Shown here one piece after another: positions 1-13,260 of a DNA stretch of 64,000 nucleotides. The DNA is taken from the NCBI RefSeq assembly GCF_009914755.1, contig NC_060925.1. One strand, 5' to 3'. How positions within the stretch are numbered: the stretch's first letter is position 1; each line of letters begins with the position of its first letter. The notes below the pieces were generated by a model, which was given only the letters and a program-made list of their open reading frames with translations, did no database searches and was not told where the DNA came from. The DNA comes from the human T2T-CHM13v2.0 reference genome, Homo sapiens. The position numbers and the translations under genes are program-made.

Positions 1-161
1 AGCCTTGCAGAGATTCCCTGCTTAGCCCTTTTTTTCTTTTTCACCCAAAAAAATCCTGCTTTACTCACGCTCTGCAACGTCTGTGAGCCTAAATTTTCGT
101 GGCCGTGGGATGGACAGGAACCCTGCCTGCTTTAGCTGAACTAAGGAAAAGCCGTGCAACA
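1..161 (+). mobile_element. 3' end of an ERV1 (MER4-group) LTR, LTR8-like, cut by the window edge
   Basis: 'tttactcac...gtgagcctaaattttcgtggccgtg...tttagctgaactaaggaaaagccgtgcaaca' resembles the LTR8-type U5 end and finishes in CA at 161. Confidence 0.65.
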
Positions 162-410
162 CATCCAGTAGGATCTACCTTCTATGAAGGTGAGGGTCTA
201 CTGAGGATGAGTTAAAAACTAATGTTGATTTTATAATTTTATGAGAGGTTATATTTGGTTTTCTTAACATGGTGAGTTTCATAAGTTTTGTCCTTTTTGG
301 AGCATCCATTTTTTTATTATGTCTTTGTTCTCCAAAAGTAAAATTCAAAGAAATTTCTGAAATTTCCTCTGATAATGCTGTCATATTCCAAGAAACATTA
401 TGGCTGTTTT

Positions 411-694
411 GTTTTTGTTTTGTTTTGTTTTTTGAAATGGAGTCTTGCTCTGTTGCCAGGCTGGAGTGCAGTGGTGGCATCTCGATTCACTGCAGCCTCT
501 GTCTCCTGGGTTCAAGCTATTCTGCCTCAGCCTCCTGAGTGGCTGTGATTACAGGCGCCTGCCACCACGCCCAGCTAATTTTTGTATTTTTAGTAGAAAT
601 GGGGTTTCACCATGTTAATCAGGCTGATCTTGAACTCCTGACCTCGTGATCTGCTTGCCTTGGCCTCCCAAAGTGCTGGGATTACAGGCATGAG
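411..694 (-). mobile_element. AluS (Sc/Sg-like), missing about 15 nt at its 5' end
   Basis: Dimeric Alu in reverse with a (TTTTG)n tail; TSD attatggctgtttt (397-410) / attacggctgtttt (695-708). Confidence 0.93.
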
Positions 695-1454
695 ATTACG
701 GCTGTTTTTTAAAATCAACTTGCACTCTGCTTACTAGCAGTTTGGTGGTCACTGTGAAAGTAAGTTTTTGCTTCATTTAAACATATATGATACACAGTAA
801 TTATCTTATTTGTTAAATCCCAAATAATTGTTCCCCAAATTTAGATATCTATTCAAATCCATCAGACAATAGTCTATCAACCAAAACTAAATGAAAGCAA
901 TTTGAATTTTTATTTTCTTCTCTCTTGAAAAAATTCAAATATGAGTTGATTACAAAATATTTTTAACTCCCGTCTTAAGACTCTATCTAAAAATCTCAAA
1001 AACTCTACTGTTTACTAAATCCACTTTACCTTTTGGTACTCCTGACCCATTTCTCTACTGTTTCTAGATCTATGTTTCCTAATTGTCCTTTTCAGTTGCA
1101 ATTAATAGACTTTCATCTCTTCTGGTTTTTGTTCCCACACATTAACCTTGAACTTCATAATAATATTCAGGAGAAACAGGGCTTGACAAATCCTTCATAG
1201 AATAACGGTGGCAATAGCAGGGATTGGATTTGGAAGGTAAAGGAAATACCTACTACATGAGAAGATGCTGTGACCACCTGTACATTAATATCTAAGGATC
1301 TTACAATACATGATAACACTGTGTTTTCTTAATTATGTTAAACAAATCAGCAGTGGTGTATAAGCATTGAAAGACTGAAGATACAAAAAGTACTGAAAGA
1401 CCTAATGGGAAATGACAGTAGAAGAAAAAAGTAAAGAAGAGGACATAAAAGGGA

Positions 1455-1650
1455 AACCAATAGTGAGGAAGTGAAACTGAAGAGATGCAGTTTAATGGGC
1501 GTAAAGTTTCAGTCATGCAAAATAAAAACAGTTCTAGAGATCTACAGTACAATATGATGCTTATAGTTGACAATACTCTATTATACACTTAAAAATTTGC
1601 TAAGAGGGTAGTTCTCATGCTGTGTGTTTTCTTAACCACAATAAAAAAAA
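1455..1650 (+). mobile_element. Old L1M (L1MB-like) 3' end fragment
   Basis: 'aaagtttcagtcatgcaa...gttctagagatct...ttatacacttaaaaatttgctaagagggtag...accacaataaaaaaaa' is typical of an L1MB 3' UTR ending in an A tail. Confidence 0.75.
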
Positions 1651-3245
1651 TCACTGTGGCATGAAAAGGGTTCAGGGGAATAAAGATTTGGATCAGCTAT
1701 TTACACACCATTTCAAAACAATGGAAATAAAAACTTAAGCAAAAAGATGGAAATCACTAGTCAAAGAAGCTAAGTTAGTTCCTTTGGTGAAAGCTTGTTT
1801 GCCTGCAGCAAACAAGGAAATAAACCCTGGATATCAGTGAAAGCTAGATATTTTGTTTGGGGCAATGATGTTTAATGTATTAAGGGTGACTGATCAAAGA
1901 AACCAGTGTAAACGTCCACAGCCTGAGGTTTCCCAGAATTGTTCAGTGCCTATGGTATTCTCTCTGTTTAACAATGATTGTGCATGTGATACATTATGGC
2001 TTTTTTGTTGTTGTTGTTAAATCTCAACATAACTTTTTGGGAATAATACTTGATAAAATTCCGGGTATTCCAAGGAGTTCTAGTTTGAGTAATATTAGTT
2101 TCATAAAACTATCTAGGAGGATATATAAAAGGTGTCTCTATTATTATTCTATATATAGCATCATGATATCAGAGAATATCAGAGTTGAAAGTGACTCTGA
2201 AGGTAATTGAGGATAACCCCCTGTCTGATGCTTGAACAATCTCTACAATATCACAGACAAGGTTATGGAAACAAGTTTTTGCTATCAAGTAAGAAAGAAA
2301 ACTTCATGTAAATACAAATTAAATTCTAATTTATATGTGGAATTTTCTCATAACCTGAATTATGTAAGTGCAAATTAGTTCTAATTGTTAAACAAGTAAA
2401 CAAAAATAAGTAAAAGTGAATGTGAAGTCTCAACAAGAATTCATATCTGATGATATAATTACTCACAAAATGCAGCTACCATTTGGATGGAGAATATTAA
2501 AAATTCAACTAAAAATAATGTATTCTATCATATTTCAGTTTTCATTGATAATAATAAAATGTTTGATAAAAATTAAAATAGTAAGCTCATAAGTAATATA
2601 ATTATTTGATATGCCAAAAATAGAGTCTCATAACGAAATAACAAGAGTGAGGGAGTACAAATGTTTCAGTGATGCTGATTAAAGTGTAACTGCTTTTCAG
2701 GGAGGAGGAAATGAAACCAGGATGTTTTGAAGAAACAATGTTGAGTTTTGCATAAATAAAGAAGTAGAATGAAATTGAAAATAATTGGGTATGTTTATTG
2801 CCGGAGAGTTTCTGCAATATGCTACTGCAGTCCATATGCTTATCAATTATGAGGATTTTTGGCTTTCGGCTCTGGAAAATATGAGAAATATGGGCAATTA
2901 CTCTCTGAAGAAAGGTACTCTTTTATCATCCATATGTTATTAATGCCCAGCAAGGCAAGGCAACTTCTATTAAATGAGCAGCCAATAATGCTTTATTAAC
3001 ATATCTTTACTAAAGATCAATCTTTGGAAATATTGTCGCATATAGCATTAACCCACAACTGTATGCTTCATTTTATTTTTCACTTAAATAGAAATTATAT
3101 TAAGCTTATTCATTACTATATGTTAATCAGTTTGCAAAGACATCTTCCTGCTTGTCCATAAGCAATAAGCAAAATTAATGATTTAATTTTTATTTTAAAA
3201 TTCTTCATTGTTGACAACTACCATATGTTTTAAGCAAAGTCATTG

Positions 3246-3247
<2 letters not shown>

Positions 3248-3291
<44 letters not shown>
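3248..3291. repeat. (TG)n microsatellite, about 22 units
   Basis: Uninterrupted GT dinucleotide run. Confidence 0.98.
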
Positions 3292-3293
<2 letters not shown>

Positions 3294-3664
3294 TTGAGAG
3301 GGATTGAGGAAAATAATGCAATTATTATATAAAGTGATAATGTATAGATTGAGGCATAAAGATTAAGTAGCTTAAGATAATGTATTCATTCTATATGTGC
3401 TTTTCTCTAATCATCGCTCTGTAGTTGTTCTACATGTAAGCACTTGAACTTGCAACAAAGTTGTGAAATAATAAATGTACTATTAGCAAAGAATAAACCT
3501 CATAGACATTTTTCAGAAACATTAATTAGGCCTAATAACATCGAGCAATAGTGATATTCTACTACTGTAGGATTTTTTTTGCCTCCCCTCTACTCCCGTT
3601 TTTTTGAAGACAAAGAAATTTCTTCAGTTTTTTAGAGTATGCTTTTGGCAGGAAAATTAAAGAT

Positions 3665-3830
3665 ATTTGTTTTGTTCCCAGGCCTGCCACCGGCATGCTG
3701 TGTGATGCTCTTATACTCTCTTTGCCTCAGTTTCTCCCATTACTGAAATAAAATTGTAATGGTTGCCACTTTAAAATCTCATAGGGTTGCTCTGAGAAAT
3801 AATGAGAATAGCGTGGAGAAGTTTGACAGA
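3665..3830 (+). mobile_element. MIR SINE fragment
   Basis: MIR core: 'gctgtgtga...tgcctcagtttctccc...ctcatagggttgctctgagaaataatgaga'. Confidence 0.7.
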
Positions 3831-5504
3831 ATGAGGCAAGAATTCTTGAACATTAAAGAGAATTCAATATAGATGTTTTAATAAGAAAAATGTTTCTCTT
3901 AAGCAGTTGCATAGCAGCGTACTGTCTGATTTTATTAGCTATTTCTCACTAAAGCCTATTAGGGAAATTTGGTTATTCAGGCCATTTTAGAAAATAAAGG
4001 AAATTTAAATATTCATGGAAAAAGACTGTATATGACCCTTGAAAATAAAGCATTATGAACCAAATGGAAATTTTCAAATGGTTTAGGCTGTTACCTTTTT
4101 AATTCAAGCTTGCTTTATTATCAAACATTTTAGCAACTTGAAATTTTACTGTAATATCTAAAATTCTTCAGAGAAATTCCATGAAGCTCAGAAATTTCTC
4201 AGTATCATATGTAAATGTAAATGTAAAGAGCAAGAAATAATCAATTTATAACAAAGTATTTTTTGTCTCAAATTCTGAGTACCAAAGTTGGCTCTTGTTA
4301 ATGGAATGTTTAGATAGAATGATTATAGGAATGAATATTGGAAATTCTTGTCCTGTTTTCTTCATTTTTTTTTTTCTATTTCTTCCCAGAACCATGAGTG
4401 AGTGATTGGGCATATATTCATTTCATGTCATATAGTGTAACAGAGAGTTTTTTTTTATTTTATTTTTCTGGAGAACTACTTAGTACATAGTAAACTATTC
4501 TCTCCCTAGACAAATATAAAACCTAGGTTACAGTAGAACCTTGAAAAGATGTCAACTGAAATAACATATATGTTTGTCTTGGATTTTTAAATTGAAAGAG
4601 AAATTGCTGCTTTACCAATCACATAATTTTGTTTTATGACTAAAGCTACTTTAAAAACTAGACTATTACTTATTTTCACAAACTGTAACCTGAGATAGTT
4701 TTAGGTACTTGAGTCAGGTATATCTTGGTTATACCTCCTCCACTACTTACCCCAATTTTTTGCTTAAAATTTTCCAAAGAGGTTCAAGAATGATAGAGGC
4801 TATAAGGTGCTTCCAAGGGATGTGTAAAAACTGAGTAAGGTATACAAAATAACTTGTGCAACATTTCTTATTGTATTCAATTTTTTCAAAGATATTTATA
4901 CATGACACTTTGTAATATTGTGATCACTTTCCAAAATAGATATGACCTATAGAAAGAAGTTTTAAAATGTTTCTCATACATTACTTCTCTCTGAGATTTC
5001 AAATGCAACTTCATGATGACCTTCATAGAATAAAAGTGTTCCTATTTGTACTCTACTGTTTTTATTGTTGTAGTAATGATGGTGGCATATTGCTTTCTAA
5101 AAGACACATAGTAAAACAGGTTAAAAAAAAAGTCTCATCAACATAAAACTTTCTTTTCCTGCAAGTATACTTCCAGGCAACTAAAAATAATAGTTCCAAA
5201 CTAATTTGAAATACCTATGGAGAGACAGAGAGTACAAATGAATTTGTCATAATTTGAGAGGGAAATGGAGCATTGTTTGCTATCATCTGGTGACAGAAGT
5301 GAACAGGGCTAATGTTCTTCCCATAATGAAATGGAAATGTTTGTCAATAGGTTTGATGTACACCTACTACCTATAGGAGCATTACCTTGATATTTTGCTT
5401 AAAAAAATGCTGTTTTTAACAGCATCCCCAACGACTGATGGTTTCATATCTTTCTACAGTGTGCTGGGTTGGTATTCTGGAGCCAATGCACATTTAATAA
5501 TGAA

Positions 5505-5854
<350 letters not shown>

Positions 5855-5919
5855 CTATACCTCTAAAGGTATTAGTTTTCCCTCAGTTGCAAAAAATCAT
5901 AAATGTAAAATCATGTTGG

Positions 5920-6612
5920 CTAGTTTCTCTAACTCTTCTATAAAATCAATTACTAAGTATCGTAGACTCTTCTCAGATAAGTCATCTTCCAAATATCTCA
6001 TCTTTTCCATTCTCCCTGCCATTGTTCTAGTTCAGAGCCTTATTACCTTTTATGTAGAATACTTTCATAGACTTTCCTACTATCATAGTCTTGCCTTCAC
6101 ATGTGTCCTCCGGAAGATTAATCTTGTGAGGCAAAATATTTGACCAGGCTCAAAATAATTAAATGCTCTCCTTTGTTTATAAGAAAAGTCAAATGCTATA
6201 AACTGATGTTCAGTTCCTGCCATAATCAGGCTTCAGTGAACTACTCATTTATTACTAGAATAAAAAATGTATCTCAAATAATTTATGTGCTCCTTACCAC
6301 CTCCCCCTACATCCTTACACTTAATCATTCTCAGGGGGCAATTATATCCACCATCCAAAACACAGCTCAAATCCCATTTCCCAGTGAACCGTCACTCCAA
6401 CAACTGATCTGTAAGTTAGTTCTTTTAAGTCTTCACTGTTCTTACCACTCATTTGGCACTTACAGTTTCCATTTGGTGGGCTGTTACTTAAAATTCAGTA
6501 AACCTTCTTAATCTCCCTGAGGAGACTTTAAGGTCCTGGAGAAGAATACTCCTTTCTTTTGTATATTAAATTCTACAAAGTACCACTGGTAGGTTTCAAT
6601 AAATATTTTTAT
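5920..6612 (+). mobile_element. L2 LINE 3' fragment
   Basis: Degenerate L2 3' motifs ('aatcaattactaagt...ccattgttctagttcagagccttattacc'), ending 'ggtaggtttcaataaatatttt'. Confidence 0.6.
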
Positions 6613-9600
6613 AAAACATTTAAAAGAGCAGGAATAAAAGCAACAACAAGAAAAGTGGCAACAGATGACAAACCTTGGCCACTTTCTAAATCTGCTCTGA
6701 TGAACCCTAATAACAATCAATTAACTCACTATGAGGTTTGTCTTCATGCTGATGTACTAATTCCTGATAGTGAGCTGAAAATACACACTTGAAATAGAAA
6801 TTTACTTTTCCAGATATAATTCCATTGTTGTAGTTCATTTCATCACAGATCTTCTACGTGGCTCATTCTCCTTTCTTACCCTAGAAAGACTGACCCATTA
6901 AATCCCACAAAGTTCTCAAGTTAATTTGATAGCATATATGTAATAACTTCCATCTGAAAAGCTCAAAACATAACATCTAATTCTTGTTAGAACAAAAAAC
7001 TAACAATTAAAAATCCGAAGTTAAAACCAGATGAGAGAATATTTAACAGAATGACCCTAGATTGCCTAGTAATATGCTGCAGAGGAAAAAAAAAAAAAAA
7101 AGAGGAGGGGAGGGGAGGTCACCTATCTATGTAGAGCTTTGCATTATAATGATAGATTTAACTTCTTTTAACAATGGAAACTTTTTGAGTTTACATTTGG
7201 AACAAAAATAGTAAACTACTCTTAAGAAGTATAGTGTGAACAAAATACAAGGGAAATCAGTAACAGAGCCATAACAGAGCCTTCCACTTTAAATAGTTTG
7301 GTAAAGTTACATACTCCAGTTTCCACTAACTAACATGTGTGAAGTCTAGCTCTCATTATCATAAATGTTTTGAAAGTATAATGCTACCTTTGTAGAGGCA
7401 ACTCTGCTTATGAGATACTGGAACAAGTTGATTCATAAGGTACTGAAAATGATAATCCAACCCTCTAGAATAAAACATACAAAACATCCCCCAATATTAT
7501 GCAAAACTATTTCTGATGAGAATGACTCTTCATTCCTGTCTTATATTACTCTCCTGCTCTATTCCATTTAGAGATAAGAAAATAGACCTTCTATAAAAAT
7601 GTCTCCTCAGGGCTTATGAAACGTTTGTGAGAGTGAGAGAGGGAAGAAGAAATTGTTCAGAAACATAATGGAGATCACTTGGCAATTACTATTTCTACTT
7701 GTCCAGTATCCAGTTGTTCTAATTTTAGAATTGCCAAGTCGATATCTACTTCAGATAAGAATTGGAAACAAGTGAAAACCACATAGTTATGATCCTGCTT
7801 TCTTTGCCCTTTCTCCCTGCTCCCCTACATGTAACCTTTCACATATTTATTTTGCTATCCACATTATTTTTGAAGTATGTTGTTAAACCTAAGACCTCAT
7901 AAAGTAAATCCTTAGAGTTGTGAAAAAAGAAAGTGAGGTCATTTTAAAGTTGTGTGGCTAATTTACAATCTGAACGTTTTTGCATTTTTCTCATGTTAAA
8001 GAAATTTTAAAAACTTATCAATAGATTTCTTTGTGGCTTTTACTAATGAAGTTGTATTTTTTTTCTACCCATGTTAGGTGTTGAATAATTTGAATGGGAA
8101 TTTGAAGGTCCATGGCTTCCAAACCAGCAGGAGTTAAGGCTTAATTGCTTGGAAATACATTTTCATGGCTGATACCAGTAACAGAAAAATGTCTGTATGT
8201 CAAGAGGCTCTGTACTAATCAGTTAACCATAACATGTGCCACCCCATACCTTGGGCCAATGTAACTGTTAACAGCTTGAAGCTATTAAAAATGTACCAAT
8301 GGAGAACTTTCTTATACTTTTTTCACTAATGTGCTTCTTCACTCTAAATAAAGGAATAGATAAATTTTATACTTAACTACTGTCAGAGAAAAGGAAAGTA
8401 CCTTCGCTTAGTTTGAGCTTCAAAACATTACATCCAATGGTGTTCATTAAGGTAACACTTTGAAAGTCACTCAATTGCTAATATGCTCTCTCTGCGTCAA
8501 CTCAGAGGCTGCCTATTAGATCTAGTTACACTCCAGAGACAGGGATTTGCTTTCCAGCTCTAGAGATCAGGTCAAGAATTGCAATAACAATTAGTAATTA
8601 GTAGTTAGATCTCAATTTACCACATTAGAAGGTCACTCCTCTGAAGCATTTGGTCTCATGAGAGGAAAGGAATACAGGAGACCATCAACTGTTGACACTT
8701 TGAAATCAAGAAAAGAATCTAAGATTCTCCTTGAAATTCTTAGGCACTTTAAGTGTAAATTTCTTAAGATCTCATTTTTATAGAATTAATTAATGGATTT
8801 AGGTCTAAATCCTAGGTATTACAGCAACTCATACTGTGTAACAAAACAATACTCTTATATTTAATAAGATATAAATTTGTCATCTTTAAAGTGGTGATCT
8901 CCCTGTGAACCTGGATAAAAGATAAAATGTGAATACTATTTTAAACACCTCCTACTATCCTCCTAAAATATTATTAAACAATTGAAAATTTAAAATAGTA
9001 TAATATCAAATAGAGTCATGTTTTATGGTATGAACGTGACTAACGTATGAAAGTTTGCAGACAAAAATCTCAGTTCACAAACTAAGATATGTGGAAAATG
9101 CATTTTCTTGATTTTTTAAAGTAAGTTGTCTTCTGCTGTGTAGTCTGTGTCCCTAAGAATATAATTAACCTTAATTATTGTTTGAACTTCTATCCAGTCC
9201 TCCACTTGACAACATGTTCAAGGTTCTTGGATCTTACACAGCATCAAAACAATTGGATCATGTGTCGCAGTCTCTGTTCATCAGTTAGCAGTTTACCAAC
9301 TTGGCCATGAAAATCTACCATTCACCTATTTGTGCCTGTTCATCAGGTCTGGGAGACTTGCTGACTTCATACAGTGTCCTTTAGGATATGATGACAATAT
9401 ATGAGACGGAATCATTGATGCTTCTGTTACTACAGCCTGAGATGTCTTTTGGAGTGTATCTTTCTGGGATCTTACTGCCTTCACCAGAACATTGTCAGAA
9501 AATAGGACCTCAGCTTCTATCACTCCAGAGCATATATAACTCTCTCCTCTTGACAGCTAAGAGAATGTCTTTTGAGCCTGAGGGAACCCTTTCTCCTTCC

Positions 9601-10370
9601 TTTTTCACCAAAGATGTCTATCTGTGTAATATACTAAAATTATTAGAAGACAAATTACAGGACATTTTATAGATTACTACTCCATTCAGATTCACCACAT
9701 ACCTCTTTTGAGGCACTAAAGCACAGAGCTAACCAACTATCTTAGTGGAGTGAAGGGAAAAAAATATTACAAGCAGAAGAATTAAACATAAGTTAATACC
9801 CCAAAGTATTATCCAGGTATATTTATAGAATCAATATTTTGAGAAGACACAGGTTTTATGAAATGTTTTGATGATTATTTTGAAAATGTTAAAAACAACA
9901 TGAATTATTTCTAGTATCAGCTAAGTACTAGAAATTTTAAAGGCAAACATTAACCTTATATGTATAAAATGTAGGTATTATTAATGATATAAGGAAGAAT
10001 TTTACTACTAGAATCTTTCCCAGCAAGTCTACAGGTTTCATAAAAGAATAGTAAAATTCTAGCAGGAAAGGACAGTGTATCTTTCTGGAATTAAAAATTG
10101 CATTGGTTAAGAGCTTTGGGGTGCAAGAAACAAAAGCTTTCCTTAGGTAACTTAAGTAATGGAGTTTTAATACTCCATTTTAAAGATCACCAGAATTTCC
10201 ATATTGCAGGAGCTTGTGATGGGATATCTTGTTGGAAAGAAGAGCTAAGTAAGTGGTCTCATATTTGCCTTCTATAACATAGACATTGCTTTTACTTATA
10301 TTGTATGAATTCTTTAATCCCACTGATAGAGCAGAAAATTAATAATAACATATATTAGTATGTTAACATC

Positions 10371-10725
10371 TAATATGGTTTGGCTGTGTCCCCACCCAAA
10401 TCTCAACTTGAATTGTATCTCCCAGAATTCCCATGTGTTGTGAGAGAAACCTAGGGATGGGTAATTGAATCATGGGGGCCTGTCTTTCTCAAGCTATTCT
10501 CGTGATAGTGAGTAAATCTCACAAGATCTGATGGGTTTATCAGAGGTTTCTGCTTTTGCTTCTTTCTCACTTTTCCCTTGCTGCCACCATGTAAGAAGTG
10601 CCTTTCACCTTCCACCATGATTCCAAGGGCTCCCCAGCCATCTGGAACTGTAAGTCCAATTAAACCTCTTTTTCTTCCCAGTCTTAGGTATTTCTTTATC
10701 AGCAGCATGAATACGGGCTAATACA
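10371..10725 (+). mobile_element. THE1A solo LTR (ERVL-MaLR)
   Basis: Starts 'taatatggtttggctgtgtccccacccaaatctcaacttgaattgtatctccc', ends 'ctaataca'; 5-bp TSD acatc/acacc. Confidence 0.92.
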
Positions 10726-12534
10726 ACACCCAAATAGAATAAGAGAAATAAGTAGATGACTTTTTGAAGAAAAACAGGTGTAAAACTGAAACAGAACCAA
10801 TAGCACAAAGATAACAAGAGAAAAAAATAGTTCATTTTAATTTCAGTTGTTCTCATAACATATAATTGAAAGTAAAAATTTGCTTCTTTACAAAAAGAAT
10901 GTTATGATTTGCATATATTTGAAAATAAAGTCAATTAGCTTTAGAATTAGCATTAAGGAAGTACCATATAAGCCATGTCAAACAAGGTGACCCAGGACAC
11001 TCCTTCACCTCCTACATTGTGATGCCACGTATATAATATGTATAGGCCTAATTTTGATATGGAAATAATGAGCAATGTGGGCCACACAAAGATGGTACTG
11101 AGAAGGCACACAGAGAGGCACTAAAAAAAAAGCTAGATGTAGTTAAAAGTAGAAATAAAGGCATGGGTTTGAGTTTTACATAAATATCTAAATTCAAATA
11201 TATACATTTGACAACTCTGGAGATATCTACAAATGGCTTGCTTCGATGGCTGGATTTGGACAAGTCAATATGTTTATAATTCATGTCATTATAATTCCAT
11301 TTTGCCTTACATATCTGCTTAGTTGCATAAAAGAAACTATAGACTGGGAAAATAGGCATCGCCTTTTCTTTCTTATTTCCAGGAATTACAGTGATCCAAA
11401 TAGTCATAGCACTTCCCTGGCTATAGGCCCTGGAGTTTAGGCCTGTTCAGATAGAAGAAGTTTAATAGTAAATAGTGTCATCAGGACACAGCAATGGTTC
11501 TGGAAATCCAATAGCAGCTTAATATATTGACAATTTTCTGTTAGTATATCAGCCAGAATATTACATTCTCAAGCAATTAAACCTTATCTCCTGCTGTTTT
11601 TGAAGTCATGAACCATCAAATTTCCTATTTTTGTTAATCAGCCTCTATTCTTGATTATGAGTGCAGACAGCTATGAGTGCAGACAGGGTGATTTGGTAGA
11701 GAAAGTATGTAAAGAGCCGACTAGAGAAGTTATTCAAATCCTCATGACTTTAGGCAAGACCATTTTCCTCAGAAGCAGTTCAGGACATTTCTAGGACCTG
11801 GAGCATAGTGGATTCCTTTGCTGTATGTGAATCTATAGAAAAGAAAGCTTAAAGGCATATCAGTTGAGAAAGAAATCTTATTATATAATAATCATTGCAA
11901 AGTGATCTTAGCATTTATGAACCAACTTTAAAACAAAAAAAAGTGTAAAATGCATAAAACAAAAAATTAAATTTTAATATCCAATTACTTTTGGAGGTAT
12001 ATAATGTCTATTTTATATATTATTGATCAATGTGCAAAGTATGTAGAAATTGTATATTAAACTTTTAATATGTATAATTTGTGCACTGAATAAATACTGG
12101 GCCTTAGACACTACCAAGGGTTATCTTTAACACTGAGACTGTAGCACTGCCAAAAGTATATTCTTTTTCTTCAGTGAAAAGCATACCCGATCCAAAAAAA
12201 ATCCATAATAGCTACCTTATTGTGGTTATGGTAGACAATTAGAACTTTCTTTAATAAACACATTATTATATTCTCTTCCATTATGTTTCAATTTGTGATT
12301 CTCCATGGTATTTTCTGTTGGCTCCAACTTCTATCAGTGGGCACATGTTGGCGATGACTGACAGAGGCTGCTTTCAATAGTCTTATTCGCAACAACACCT
12401 CTTAGTTGAAGTCCCACATGTAGTTTAGCCATTAGTCAGCTCTTGGCAGCCTCAGATGCCTTTGAGACAACAATTCTCATTCATTGCTCTGTCAGTTTAC
12501 TCAGGTAGGTTTATTCATGTCTTAATGTATATTT

Positions 12535-12605
12535 TTAAATTATCCTTGAGATTTCCTCTTTAACCCATGGATTGTTTAGAAGTGTGTTGTTTAGCTCCCA
12601 AGTAT
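12535..12605 (-). mobile_element. Short old L1M ORF2-region fragment
   Basis: 'ttgagatttcctctttaacccatggattgtttagaagtgtgttgtttag' matches antisense L1M sequence. Confidence 0.55.
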
Positions 12606-12607
12606 AT

Positions 12608-13260
12608 AGAAGATGGAGTAGACACACTTTTTTCCTATTCCTCCATCTAAGTATAACTTAAAATCAAGACATTATATATATACAAAACAAACATAAGAAA
12701 GATCTACAGAGTGAAGATAAGAAGGCAGATTGGCTGTGGACTTTGGGACCAAGGCAACAGCAGAGTGGTGATTTTGGTGTTTTCCTCTTCCTTCCTATAT
12801 CCTAGGCTTAAAGCAGAAGTTGGCAACCCAGAAACACCAACGCGTGCAGAGCAAAAAGAAAAAACAAACAAAAAAGTGCACACTTAATAAACAAACAAAA
12901 AACTCACCATCACCATCAAAAGTATGTTCTTTCTCTATCTAACCAAATAACTAGGAACTGGGCAACCCAGAATGACATAACTTTTAGACCACTCTACTTC
13001 AGTCAAATACCACAGAAAAAAATATGGCTCCCTCATCACCCATGACAGCAAAGGCTGAGTGGTGAGCTGAGATTTTGATACTCTTCAGGCTATAATGAGG
13101 TACCCCAGTACCCTCTCCAGTGTGGTGTTATATAAAGGTTTGAAGTATTACTGGAGGCTGACTGAGGAACCTAGACTTTCACACATACAGGGAAGAAATG
13201 AGGGAATATACCCACTGCTTCTACTGGGGTGGTGTCAATGAAAGCCAGCTAAAATGCTGA
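12608..13260 (+). mobile_element. Old L1M (L1MC/MD-type) 5'-end fragment
   Basis: 'agatggagtagacacacttttttcctattcctcc...aaaacaaacataagaaag...aaggcaga' resembles recalled L1MC/MD 5' UTRs; boundaries approximate. Confidence 0.5.

Noticed and set aside
7102-7118. G-rich run after a poly-A tract as G-quadruplex or retrocopy end
   Set aside because: Only two tracts of three or more G; no upstream retrocopy body or TSD identified.
10158-10179. 8-bp inverted repeat aatggagt/actccatt
   Set aside because: Too short to be significant in AT-rich DNA.
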